DNA of 64,000 nucleotides. It comes from Myxococcota bacterium (lineage in GTDB: Bacteria; Myxococcota_A; Polyangia; Nannocystales; Nannocystaceae). The notes under the pieces are model-generated. The model saw only the letters and a program-made list of their open reading frames with translations, did not search any database and was not told the origin of the DNA. A program made the position numbers and the translations under genes. The stretch covers positions 1 to 64,000 of the forward strand of contig JBCCWC010000008.1 in NCBI GenBank assembly GCA_039194325.1, in the 5' to 3' direction. Below are positions 49,907 to 59,353 of this stretch, piece by piece; position 1 is the stretch's first letter, and the number at the start of each line of letters is the position of its first letter.

Positions 49907-51049
49907 ATGCGCACCTGGCTGCTGCTTACGACGATGGCCGCAGCCTGCGGCCAGACACCACCGCTCGCGTCCGAGCGGGGCGATGCATCGGCCACCGAAG
50001 CGCAGTCCAGCGCGGCCGCTCGTGCGCCAGCGACCCGCTCCGAGCCCCCCGGCTCGAACACCCCGCTCTCCGCCAGCTCCGAATCCACCGGCTCGAACCC
50101 CCCGCTCTCCGCCGGCTCCGAGCCCCCCTCCCGCCCGAGCACCCCGGATCCGCTGGCCGCCGAGCCCTCGAGTTCCACCTCGAGAGGCAGCCCCACGGCG
50201 GGCAGCCTGACGGGCGGGCTGGCCCTCCCACTCCGAGCTCCGGGCCTGTTGTTCTTGCCGAGCAAGGATCCCGACTCACGCTACGGCACCGTCGAGTTGG
50301 TGCAGGGGCTGGTACGAGCGGCCGCCACCGTCGAGTCGGCTGACCCGGGCGCCCCGGTCACGGTGGGCGATCTGGCGCGGCCGCAGGGGGGCGAGATCTC
50401 CGGGCACGCGTCCCACCGCAGCGGCCGTGACGTGGATGTTCTGTTCTACCTTCAGCACGAGGACGGCCGACCGTTCGTGCCCTCCAAGTTCATCCCCCTC
50501 GACCCGCAGGGACATGGCACCGACTACGGAGATCTCGCCGACCCGGCCGACGACGTGCCCGTGGTCCTCGACATTGCCCGCACGTGGCAATTGGTGGCCG
50601 CGCTACTGGGCGACGAGCCAATGGCGATCCAAAAGATCCTCATCGTGGAGCACCTGCGCACCATGCTGCTCGAGCAAGCCCGCCGCGTCGCGGCGCCCGA
50701 GGCGATCGTGCGGCGCTTCTCCGAGGTGACCTGCCAGCCACGCTTCCCCCACGACGACCACATGCACATCCGCGTGTTCTGCAGCGCACAGGACATCGAG
50801 GCGGGATGCGAAGACACGCGACCGATCTTCCCGTGGCGACGCAAGGCCCTCGCAGCCGAAGGGGTCACGCCGGTGCTGGCGGGCAAAAAGCCCAAGACAC
50901 CGTCCAAGACCCCGCGGACGAAGAAACTCAAGACGATCGAGCAAGCCCGCGCCGAGGCCGGGCCCATGCACCAAGACGTGATCGATTTCCTGGATCGCCG
51001 ACAGACCTGGGCTCGCAAGCCGCATCCGGGACGACGCTGGTGTCGATGA
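49907..51049 (+). CDS. mepA: Penicillin-insensitive murein endopeptidase family lipoprotein
   Basis: GSLTGG, YGT, VGDLARPQGG...HASHRSGRDVD, HDDHMHIR. Confidence 0.88.
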   Translation: MRTWLLLTTMAAACGQTPPLASERGDASATEAQSSAAARAPATRSEPPGSNTPLSASSESTGSNPPLSAGSEPPSRPSTPDPLAAEPSSSTSRGSPTAGSLTGGLALPLRAPGLLFLPSKDPDSRYGTVELVQGLVRAAATVESADPGAPVTVGDLARPQGGEISGHASHRSGRDVDVLFYLQHEDGRPFVPSKFIPLDPQGHGTDYGDLADPADDVPVVLDIARTWQLVAALLGDEPMAIQKILIVEHLRTMLLEQARRVAAPEAIVRRFSEVTCQPRFPHDDHMHIRVFCSAQDIEAGCEDTRPIFPWRRKALAAEGVTPVLAGKKPKTPSKTPRTKKLKTIEQARAEAGPMHQDVIDFLDRRQTWARKPHPGRRWCR

Positions 51050-51299
51050 GCCGGCGCTCGATACGAGGACCGAGGCTCATCGGATCGATCGTGGGCCACG
51101 AAGACCCCGGGCGCTCGCTCCTCTTGCATCAATCGAGGCGGCCAACCGCTCGCGCGGGCGGCATTTGACGCGGGCGGCGTCTCGACCACTGACTCCAACG
51201 AGCCCGAGCTTGGGCAACTCGTATGCACAGTTCGCCCAATCGCGGCGGATCCCACGAACGAGCCGACGCCAACCCCCCGAGCTCGCTACTCAACAGACC

Positions 51300-51315
51300 T
51301 GGCCTGGCTCTTGCT
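51300..51315 (+). promoter_or_regulatory. Candidate sigma54 (-24/-12) promoter
   Basis: TGGCCTGGCTCTTGCT (GG-N10-GC), 90 nt upstream of the TPR gene. Confidence 0.55.
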
Positions 51316-51405
51316 TATACGGACAAACAGCTGAACGGTCGGCCGAGACCGCGAACCCCGACACCATGTCCGTGGCCCTCTCCATTTGAACATGAGGTGC
51401 GAAGC

Positions 51406-52485
51406 GTGAGCAGATCGATAGAATTGGCGATGGCGTGGCGTCCGGCCGAGCAAACCATGGCTCGAGCGCTCGCACACTTTGCGGCCAGGCGGTATCCGCA
51501 GGCGATCGGCGCCTTTCGCGCAACACTGAGCCTCGACCCGACGACACCGCAAGCCCGCGTGGGCATGGCCGACGCACTAGCGGCCCTCGGCCGTCACGAC
51601 GAGGCGGTGGAGGAGCTGGTCCACGCCGCCCAGAGGTCGATGGACGAGGACGAACCCAACGAGGCGATGAGCCTGTACAGCAAAGCGCTCGCCCTCGACC
51701 CGAGCCGGATGGATCTACACCTCGACGTGGCACTGGCCGAAGACGCGATGGGACGACACGAGGCGGCGGTGTGTCGAATCGAAGGGCTGGCCGGTCACTA
51801 TATGAACGATGGCCGCACGGACGAAGCGGCCGATCTGCTGCGGTTCGCGGCAACATGGGGTAAGCCCGAACCCGAGCCACCCAACGAGCCGGCCGCCGCA
51901 TCACCACACAATCCCGGGCTGGACATGCCACCAGTCCACACAGCACTCATCTCGGGGCACACGGTCATTGCCCGCAACCCCTTGCTGCCACCAACGCCAC
52001 ATCCTCTATCGGTGCCCCGAGCCGCCCCGGTGGCATCGGATGCGGTCCCGGTCCCCGTACGCTCCGATCCCGTGGGTCGCGTGGAGACGATCGCGCCGAG
52101 GCCCGAGACGAGCCCCGCACATGACGAACTCGAGATGGAGCACGAAGTCACCGTCGCTCGGTTCGCCTCGATTCCGATCCGACTCGAAGCCAGCCACGAA
52201 CCGACGCCGACCCCCCGACCCACGTCAATGGCCGTGCGACGCAGCTCGCCTCGATCGACGCTGCGCAACGACGGCGAGCCGCTCACCCGCGTCGTCCCCA
52301 ATCCCGTGGTCGAGCGCCTACGAGCCCGAGCCGGTCTGAGCCGCGCCGCATGTCCCCACGGAGTTCGGATCCGGCCAACCGCACCGCTCGCGACCCGTCC
52401 TGCACGGCGCCCCCGGCTCGACGCCGAGGATGATGCGACCGTGCGCGTCCGTCGGCCCCGTGGCCTGCCCGTCGCCACGCTGTGA
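51406..52485 (+). CDS. TPR protein with Pro-rich disordered C-terminus
   Basis: TPR-like helices (AIGAFRATLSLDP, AMSLYSKALALDP); GAGGTG RBS before the GTG. Confidence 0.75.
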   Translation: MSRSIELAMAWRPAEQTMARALAHFAARRYPQAIGAFRATLSLDPTTPQARVGMADALAALGRHDEAVEELVHAAQRSMDEDEPNEAMSLYSKALALDPSRMDLHLDVALAEDAMGRHEAAVCRIEGLAGHYMNDGRTDEAADLLRFAATWGKPEPEPPNEPAAASPHNPGLDMPPVHTALISGHTVIARNPLLPPTPHPLSVPRAAPVASDAVPVPVRSDPVGRVETIAPRPETSPAHDELEMEHEVTVARFASIPIRLEASHEPTPTPRPTSMAVRRSSPRSTLRNDGEPLTRVVPNPVVERLRARAGLSRAACPHGVRIRPTAPLATRPARRPRLDAEDDATVRVRRPRGLPVATL

Positions 52486-52578
52486 CTCAAAGGTGCTCCA
52501 CGCACGATTCGAAGTGAGTCCTCTGTCTAAGGGAAACCTTGGTTTGCACGGCGCCGCAAAGCGCGGCAAAAGACGGCG

Positions 52579-53196
52579 GTGCCGATCTGGACCTTCGTGC
52601 GCCACGGGCAGAGCGTGGCCAACCAGGAAGGGTGGCTCGCCGGACACCAGGACGCGCCCCTGACGGAACAGGGCCGGACCGAGGCCCGGGCGGCGGGTAC
52701 CCGACTGACGACGCCACTGCCGACCCGAGCATTCTGTTCGGATCTATCCCGGGCTCACGAGACTGCCCGACTAATGCTCGCCGGGCTCGACATCCCCCTG
52801 ACGATCACACCGAAGCTCCGAGAACGTACCTGTGGCGCCTTAGAACGACGATCGATCGCCGAAGTCGCCGCTCACCCGGAGTACCCGACCCGACTGAGCA
52901 GCTGGACCGGCCGCCCACCCGGAGGGGAAAGCCTTCTCGACGTCGCACTCCGTGCAGTGCGCTGGCTGGCGTCGGTGGATGACGACTCGTCAGGGGAAAC
53001 CTTGGTGGTCGCTCATGGAGCGCTCATCGCCGCCGTCATCGTGGTGCTCGATGGCCGGCCGCGGTCCGATCTGGACCAGTGGCGCCTGGGCAACTGCGCA
53101 ATGGTGCGGCGAGAGATCGCATCGGGGACCTGGATCCAACGGCTCGATGAACTGCGATGTGAGAGCAGCAACGTGGACAAAAGGGCCAAAGAGTAG
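52579..53196 (+). CDS. Histidine phosphatase (phosphoglycerate mutase family)
   Basis: VRHGQS, SDLSRAHETA, LRE, GGES, VAHG. Confidence 0.92.
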   Translation: MPIWTFVRHGQSVANQEGWLAGHQDAPLTEQGRTEARAAGTRLTTPLPTRAFCSDLSRAHETARLMLAGLDIPLTITPKLRERTCGALERRSIAEVAAHPEYPTRLSSWTGRPPGGESLLDVALRAVRWLASVDDDSSGETLVVAHGALIAAVIVVLDGRPRSDLDQWRLGNCAMVRREIASGTWIQRLDELRCESSNVDKRAKE

Positions 53197-53600
53197 TGCA
53201 CGGAATCGCCCGATGCCCTACATTCCTACCACCCCCATGCAGCACAACCGAAGCAGTCGCCCGAGTCCGCGCGCGCCGTTCCACCTGCTCGGCCGCCCCA
53301 TACAAAACCCTTGGCGTCGTAACGTCCTCGATGACGACCTCTTGGGCTCCGAGTGGCGCTGGGACTCGGACGATTCCAAAGCAACCCCCACCACCCACTA
53401 GTCACCGACCGTCGCTCACTGCCAGCGACCTCGAACCGGCGACGCCGACCCGACCGAGATGGTCGCGGTCGGCGTCTTGCTTTGGGGCGGCAGAGGGCAA
53501 TGAACTCGCGCAGCACTAAGATTGCCGAGGCTCGATCCCCACCGAACGGACTCGGCAAGACGAACGGGCGAACCCAGTGCTGGCCGGCGAGGTTCTGGTG

Positions 53601-53933
53601 CTACCCGGCGAGGCGAAGACCTCGGCGATGCGATCCGGTGCGATCGAGTCGACGGCCGAGCCGCCGACCGATCCGATGGACCGCCAGGTCGATGGCATCC
53701 CGCACGTGCTCCTCGGTGCCCTCGGCCCGGACGCTCCCCCCGTGGTCGAGGATGACCTCGACTCGGCATTGCTTGTCGACGCCGCCACGGGGACCGTTGA
53801 GATCGGCGAGCTTGACGTCGACCCGGCGGATCCTCGAAGCGAAGCGACCCAGGGCGGCATCGAGACGGCGCTCGACGAGGAATGCGAGCGGCTCCGAGAG
53901 GGAAAGATTGCGACCACGAACTTCGATCTCCAT
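53601..53933 (-). CDS. HPF/RaiA family ribosome-associated protein
   Basis: RRLDAALGRF..I..V.V.L.DLNGPRGGVDKQC; AAGGAG RBS. Confidence 0.85.
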   Translation of the reverse strand: MEIEVRGRNLSLSEPLAFLVERRLDAALGRFASRIRRVDVKLADLNGPRGGVDKQCRVEVILDHGGSVRAEGTEEHVRDAIDLAVHRIGRRLGRRLDRTGSHRRGLRLAG

Positions 53934-53960
53934 AGGATTCTCCTTGCGGTGACCAGGCGT

Positions 53961-53976
53961 TGCAAGCCGAGGTCCA
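53961..53976 (-). promoter_or_regulatory. Candidate sigma54 (-24/-12) promoter of the HPF/RaiA gene
   Basis: TGGACCTCGGCTTGCA (GG-N10-GC), 27 nt upstream of the ATG. Confidence 0.55.
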
Positions 53977-54458
53977 GATTCAGCATGGACCAACATCACC
54001 CCGGATCTTTCACTTCCCGAGCCAGATCCGAGCCAGATCCGAGCCAGATCCGAGCCCAACCCATCGATGACGAGCGCCACACCGCGACGTCCGTGCACGG
54101 AGGGCTCGAAGGCCATGACAAAGCGGCAATGAGGACCGAGGTGCGCTCGCCTACCCAGCGAGACGGACGCACCACCCGCAGCCTCGGGCGCGCCGGGCAC
54201 CGGTCGCCCACGAAAGGCTCGACGCTCGTTGCTCGTTGCTCGTTGCTCGAGGCCGAGCGCACCAGCGCCATGGTGCAAGATCGATCATTCCCCGCAAAAA
54301 CTCCTCATCCCCGGGAATCAATCGGGCGCCAGCTCTCACCAATAGAGTCGTGATTGATGTGACTACCGGGCCGCAACGGTTCGCACGCGCGACGGCCCCG
54401 GCGCCCACCATGTCGTGCGAACCGTCGCACAAGTCAGAAGCACGATCGCCGGCCGGGC

Positions 54459-54752
54459 TCACAGATCGAGGGTCATGCGAACGAGCTCGGGCATGAAGTG
54501 ACCCCGCAGCTGGATCAGGCTCTCGTGGTGCGGGGGCCGCCGCCAAGGGATCAGCGAGCCATCGGGCGACAGGTGCTCACCGGTCAGCTCGTCGTCGGCG
54601 AACTCGTAGTAGCTCACGTCGCCCTTCTGGCCGGTGTAGGCGGCGTCGTCGGCGTCAGCGTTGGTGCCCGTGCTGGTCTCGCGCGGCGCCGGCTCGGCGG
54701 TACTAGGGGCAAGGACGAGGGTGGTGCTCAGCAAGAGGGTCAGGGTGCTCAT
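54459..54752 (-). CDS. Small secreted CglF/GltF-like protein
   Basis: Signal peptide; YEFADDELTG...PDG...HESLIQLRGHF..EL..DL resembles the gliding-motility CglF/GltF signature. AGGAG RBS. Confidence 0.75.
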   Translation of the reverse strand: MSTLTLLLSTTLVLAPSTAEPAPRETSTGTNADADDAAYTGQKGDVSYYEFADDELTGEHLSPDGSLIPWRRPPHHESLIQLRGHFMPELVRMTLDL

Positions 54753-54812
54753 GATGTCGTCTCCTGGCCGTGGCGGCGACGCGCGACGCTTCGTGCCCTC
54801 GGCTCACCCAGG

Positions 54813-54841
54813 TCCTTGGCCGCTCGCGGCGGGTTCCGTGA
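54813..54841 (-). promoter_or_regulatory. Putative ECF-sigma promoter, copy 1 (upstream of the cglF-like gene)
   Basis: TCACGGAA-N11-CGGCCAAGGA, with blocks and spacing identical to 56198-56226. Confidence 0.7.
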
Positions 54842-54879
54842 GCGACGCGATCATTTCGTTGGACCCGAGCGGCGCGCAG

Positions 54880-55080
54880 CAGATCACAGGCAGTACGCCC
54901 GCTCGAGCACGACGAGCACGGAGCCTGCTCGGTCTTGACGCGGTTCTCCACATCGACGCAGAGGTTCGTGTTGCCCGAGGGCCGGATCGTGGCCGACTCG
55001 GCGTCGTGGTTGAACAACTTCCACTTTGGGTTGATCCCTCCGTTGCCTCCGGCCGTGCCCTCCGGGGGACACGCGAACGA
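54880..55080 (-). pseudogene. Possible remnant of a ricin-B lectin repeat
   Basis: FAC...GGINPKW...TIRPSGNTNLCVDV resembles QxW repeats; no clean start, and the pattern breaks down. Confidence 0.3.
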
Positions 55081-55121
55081 GCGCGAGACCGGAAATCAAG
55101 CGCGTGGCGCTTGATTCCGAC

Positions 55122-56189
55122 CTAGAGATCGAACGCGAGGCGCCACAGATCGGCGATGAAGTCTCGTCGCGGCGTAAGCAACGAAGGATGGTGGACCGGA
55201 CGCTGCCCCACCACCGCGGTCGACCAGGGCACGGCAAGCGGTGAGCCAAGCTCGGCCTCGGCCTCGACCAACTCGACCGGAGCCACCTCGGGCTCGACCT
55301 CGCGCGAGGGCAACGCCGAGATCGACCGCCGCGGGCGCACGGCGGCGACCGGCGCGTCCTCGTCGTCCTCGACGACGAGGACGACCTCCTCGTCGTCCTC
55401 GGGCGGCGCGACGGCCCTCGAAGCAACCCGAGGGGTCACCGCCCGCGGCCAGCGATGACTCGTGTCATCCTCGGCCCCGGTCACGGCTACACCATCGACG
55501 ACCGCCAACGATGCCTCGGCAGGCTCGACCGCGACCAGCGGCACGACCTGAGTGGCCGCCACCACCGCTACGGCACTGACGCTCACGGCGACCGCGGGCT
55601 TGCTCAGCCACGCCGGCCAGGCCCACGAAAGCCCAGCGGCGAACACGGGCCGACCCGTGGAGACGTGGTGCCGATCCATGGCAGCCTCGAAGCGCTTGCG
55701 TGCAGCGCGAAGCCGGGCATAGACGGTGTTGAGGTTGACGTCGAGCAGCTCGGCGATCTCGGGACCGCGGCGACCCTCGATCTCGGAGAGCACGAATACC
55801 GCGCACTTGTCGGCGTCGAGCGAGCCGAGAAAATCGTCGAGGATCGCTCCCGCCTGACGGCGGGCGACCCCCCGCTCGGGCAATCCCGGCCCCTCGGGCG
55901 CTGGCAAGGCGGCTTGTAGCCGGTCTCGGCGACGCTGACTGCGGCGGTAGCCCGAAGCCACCCCGCGCGCGATCCCCCACAGCCAGTTCTTGAGGCTGCG
56001 ATCCCGCTGCCAGTCGTCGATCCGCCGGTGCAGCACGACGAATACGTCTTGTACGGCGTCGTCGAGGCTGCCCGGCGGGACCCCCAACTGGCGCAAAGCC
56101 CGTCGCACCATCGCCGCATGCTCCCGATACAACACGACGAACGCGGGTCGAGGAGGGGTGAGGGTGGTCTTGGGCGAGCCGTCCGCCAT
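55122..56189 (-). CDS. ECF sigma-70 factor with C-terminal extension (TM, linker, CglF-like tail)
   Basis: DDAVQDVFVVLHRR, WLWGIAR, VFVLSEIEG...EIAELLDVNLNTVYARLRAAR; hydrophobic AVAVSVSAVAVVAATQVV; tail HHPSLLTPRRDFIADLWRLAFDL. Confidence 0.92.
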   Translation of the reverse strand: MADGSPKTTLTPPRPAFVVLYREHAAMVRRALRQLGVPPGSLDDAVQDVFVVLHRRIDDWQRDRSLKNWLWGIARGVASGYRRSQRRRDRLQAALPAPEGPGLPERGVARRQAGAILDDFLGSLDADKCAVFVLSEIEGRRGPEIAELLDVNLNTVYARLRAARKRFEAAMDRHHVSTGRPVFAAGLSWAWPAWLSKPAVAVSVSAVAVVAATQVVPLVAVEPAEASLAVVDGVAVTGAEDDTSHRWPRAVTPRVASRAVAPPEDDEEVVLVVEDDEDAPVAAVRPRRSISALPSREVEPEVAPVELVEAEAELGSPLAVPWSTAVVGQRPVHHPSLLTPRRDFIADLWRLAFDL

Positions 56190-56197
56190 CGGTAGGT

Positions 56198-56226
56198 TCC
56201 TTGGCCGGGTCGATGGATTTCCGTGA
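56198..56226 (-). promoter_or_regulatory. Putative ECF-sigma autoregulatory promoter, copy 2
   Basis: TCACGGAA-N11-CGGCCAAGGA ending 8 nt before the sigma ATG. Confidence 0.7.
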
Positions 56227-56445
56227 ACGCGCGGGGCGATGAATCGACGAACCCCGCCGGGTCTTCCCAGCGGTTCCACCGGCGGTTCCACCGGCGGTCC
56301 CACCGGCGGTCCCAGTGGTTAGGACGCGCGCGCGAGGCAGAGGTTCCACGCGCGGGGTCGACCAGGTGTTCCCACGCCTTGCGCAATTTGCGCATTTTCT
56401 CGACGCGGTATCGTCGGGCGGCATCGAAACCGACCGAGACGCACC

Positions 56446-58128
56446 ATGGACCGCGAGCCGCTCGTCGATCTTCCCACCCACCGCGTCACCAACCAGCCGC
56501 CACCGCTCGTCGACTACGACGTGATGGCCGGAGACGCCGCGCTGCGCGAGGCGGTGGCCCGTGAGGGTGCCGACTGGGCCGAAGAGCTCCTGCATCGCTT
56601 TGGCCACGCGGTGGGGAGCCGCAAGTACATCGAGGCGGGATTCCTCGCCAACGAACACCCCCCGCAGCTGCGGACGTTCGACCGCTACGGCCAGCGGGTC
56701 GACGAGGTGGACTTCCACCCGGCGTACCACCAGCTGATGGGCCTGGCGATGGAGTACCGCCTGCCGAGCCTGCCGTGGGCCGAGCCGCGCGCGGGGGCGC
56801 ATGTGACCCACGCGGCGATGGTCTATCTGCTGACGCAGGTCGAGCCCGGGGTGATGTGCCCGCAGGTGATGACCTACGCGGCGGTGCCCGCCCTTCGCCA
56901 CCAGCCGGAGGTGGCCGAGCAGTGGCTGCCCAAGATCCTCGACGGGCGGTACGACTCGCGCAGCATCCCGGCGACGGACAAGAACGGGGTGACGCTCGGG
57001 ATGGCGATGACCGAGAAGCAAGGCGGATCGGATGTCCGCGCCAATACGACCCGGGCGACCGCGGTGGGCAAGGGCGGACCCGGCCAGGAGTATCGCCTGC
57101 GCGGACACAAGTGGTTTTGCTCGGCGCCGATGTGCGATGCCTTCCTGACGCTGGCCCACACCGCCGAGGGCCTGTCGTGCTTCTTGGTGCCGCGCTGGCG
57201 ACCGGACGGCACGCGCAACCGATTCTTCATCCAGCGGCTCAAGAACAAGCTGGGCAACCGCTCCAACGCGAGCAGCGAGATCGAGTACGACGACACCTGG
57301 GCCACGATGATCGGGCAAGAAGGTCGCGGGGTGCGGACGATCATCGAGATGGTCCACCACACCCGCCTGGACGCCGCGGTGGCCCCCGCGGCGCTGATGC
57401 GACAGGCGCTGACCCAGGCGATCCACCATGCGCGACACCGCAAGGCGTTCGGCAAGCTCTTGGTCGAGCAACCACTGATGAGGGCGGTGCTGGCCGATCT
57501 GGCCCTGGAGGTGGAGGCGAGCGTGGCCCTGCTGATGCGGGTGGCCCGGAGCTTCGATGAGTCCCAAGACGAGCCCGCCGCGGCCCGGATGTCCCGATTG
57601 TCCACCGCGTTCACCAAGTATTGGATCAACAAGCGCGCCCCGGGGCACGTGTACGAGGCGCTGGAGTGCCTGGGCGGGGCGGGCTACATCGAGGAGTCGA
57701 TGATGCCGCGGCTTTATCGGGAGGCGCCGCTCAACAGCATCTGGGAGGGCTCGGGGAACGTGATCTGCCTGGACGTGCTGCGGGCGATCCGGCGCGATCC
57801 GGAGTGTCTACAGGCGCTACTAGACGAGCTGCAGCCGGCCTGCCAAGACGAGCCCCGCGTGGCCGACCTGGTGGCCGATGCGGGGGCGATGCTGTCGGAC
57901 ACGGACCACGTGGAGCTACGCGCCAGGCAGCTGACCCAGAACCTCGCCATGGCGATGCAGGCCGCGCTGCTGATGAAGCATGCACCCACCCCGGTGGCCG
58001 ATGCGTTCATCGCCGCGCGCCTGGGGGGCGCGGGCGTTCGGGCGTATGGGGCGCTGCCGTCGGGGATCGATCTGGATCTGCTGATCGAGCGAGCGACGCC
58101 TAGCACCCCCATTCGTTCGGCCAGGTAG
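56446..58128 (+). CDS. aidB: AidB-type acyl-CoA dehydrogenase
   Basis: THRVTNQPPPL, GMAMTEKQGGSDV, GHKWFCSAP, RLKNKLGNRSNASSE, LYREAPLNSIWEGSGNV. Confidence 0.9.
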   Translation: MDREPLVDLPTHRVTNQPPPLVDYDVMAGDAALREAVAREGADWAEELLHRFGHAVGSRKYIEAGFLANEHPPQLRTFDRYGQRVDEVDFHPAYHQLMGLAMEYRLPSLPWAEPRAGAHVTHAAMVYLLTQVEPGVMCPQVMTYAAVPALRHQPEVAEQWLPKILDGRYDSRSIPATDKNGVTLGMAMTEKQGGSDVRANTTRATAVGKGGPGQEYRLRGHKWFCSAPMCDAFLTLAHTAEGLSCFLVPRWRPDGTRNRFFIQRLKNKLGNRSNASSEIEYDDTWATMIGQEGRGVRTIIEMVHHTRLDAAVAPAALMRQALTQAIHHARHRKAFGKLLVEQPLMRAVLADLALEVEASVALLMRVARSFDESQDEPAAARMSRLSTAFTKYWINKRAPGHVYEALECLGGAGYIEESMMPRLYREAPLNSIWEGSGNVICLDVLRAIRRDPECLQALLDELQPACQDEPRVADLVADAGAMLSDTDHVELRARQLTQNLAMAMQAALLMKHAPTPVADAFIAARLGGAGVRAYGALPSGIDLDLLIERATPSTPIRSAR

Positions 58129-58189
58129 GAAGGCAGGCCAACCGCTAGGCTGGCGACGAGCATTCTGGGTCGACGCGGTGCGGCGCGTA

Positions 58190-59287
58190 TCAAGCCTGGC
58201 GGCGGCGCGGCGCGACACCCAACAGCAACAGCCACCAGGCCAGCCCGGTGGTTGGCCGGGGTGCGTGGGCCTGGCTGCGACAGCCACAGCCATCGTCGCC
58301 CACCGGGGGAAGCTGGCCGCCACCGCTTTGGTCCGAGCCTGCCTCGCCGGTGGAGCCGCTGGTGCCTTCGAAAGGCGGCAGGGGCTCGCCCGTGCCGGAA
58401 TCATCCGGCCCGCCGTCGTCGCTGGCCGGCGGTGCCGGCGGAGGTTCGGGCGCATCGAAGAGCATCAGCTGTGGCTCGAAGACCAGCGAGTCGTCGGTCG
58501 GAGGCAGGGCAATGGGGATGTCGATCCCGACGATCTCGAACTCCTGCCCCAAGATCGACATGACCAGGTGAGGCCGGACGATGAGCACCGGGGCGGTCTG
58601 GAGATTGGTGACCAGCACCCCCTCGACCTCGAGCGCCTCGTCGGTCGTGGCGGGGCTGAGCGGCGACGGCACGCCCTCGGCATCCACGATCGCGCTATCG
58701 CCCTCGGTGGTGGCTTCGATCCGCAGGCCCTCGAGGCTGGCGGTGATGTCGGCCGCCACGTCGACGTCGAGGTTGCCGGAGGCGATGACGATGTCCGGCA
58801 CGATGGGCACGGAGGCTACGGTGAAGCCGTCGGTCTGGTCGTCGATCTCGACGGGGCGGTCGGGATTGCCCGGCAGCAGGTACGGGGTGAACAACGCCTC
58901 GGAGATGATGGCGTAGTCCCACGGGCCCAGCAGATCCGACTGCCACTGGAAGCCGGCCACGTCGAAGCGCACGCTGGCCTGGAGCTCCAGGCCCACGTCG
59001 ATCGCAAAGTGACCGCCCTGGAGATCACCAACGAACTCGATCGCCTCGGCGTTCCAGTCGTAGAGGGCGTCACCGAGCATGTCGATGGAGATCGAGTCGG
59101 CCGCGTGCGCATAAAAACGCAGCTGCAAGGGGCCGTTGGCGGGGACCCAGCCAGAGTCGAAGTCGACGTCTTGGAAGCCGACGAGCTGCTGCTCGAGGGA
59201 GGGCTCGAAGCGATCGGTGGCGGTCGCTTCGGCGATGCCCCCAAAGGCGAGCCAGCCGAAGGCCGCGAGCGTCGGTGCGGTGAGCAT
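58190..59287 (-). CDS. Surface protein with MYXO-CTERM sorting signal
   Basis: Signal peptide; C-terminal DGCGC...LAWWLLLLG..RRR. Confidence 0.85.
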   Translation of the reverse strand: MLTAPTLAAFGWLAFGGIAEATATDRFEPSLEQQLVGFQDVDFDSGWVPANGPLQLRFYAHAADSISIDMLGDALYDWNAEAIEFVGDLQGGHFAIDVGLELQASVRFDVAGFQWQSDLLGPWDYAIISEALFTPYLLPGNPDRPVEIDDQTDGFTVASVPIVPDIVIASGNLDVDVAADITASLEGLRIEATTEGDSAIVDAEGVPSPLSPATTDEALEVEGVLVTNLQTAPVLIVRPHLVMSILGQEFEIVGIDIPIALPPTDDSLVFEPQLMLFDAPEPPPAPPASDDGGPDDSGTGEPLPPFEGTSGSTGEAGSDQSGGGQLPPVGDDGCGCRSQAHAPRPTTGLAWWLLLLGVAPRRRQA

Positions 59288-59353
59288 GGCGCGGGAGGCT
59301 ATCAGGGACGATCGTGCGAGCGGTAGGCCGATGGCGGCTCACCGTGGGCCGCT

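Noticed and set aside
56375..56400. Ada box upstream of aidB
   Set aside because: Does not fit the AAT-N6-GCAA arrangement; kept only as a generic palindrome.
55465..57648. 727-aa minus-strand ORF
   Set aside because: Antisense to aidB and out of frame with the ECF sigma; no recognisable domain.
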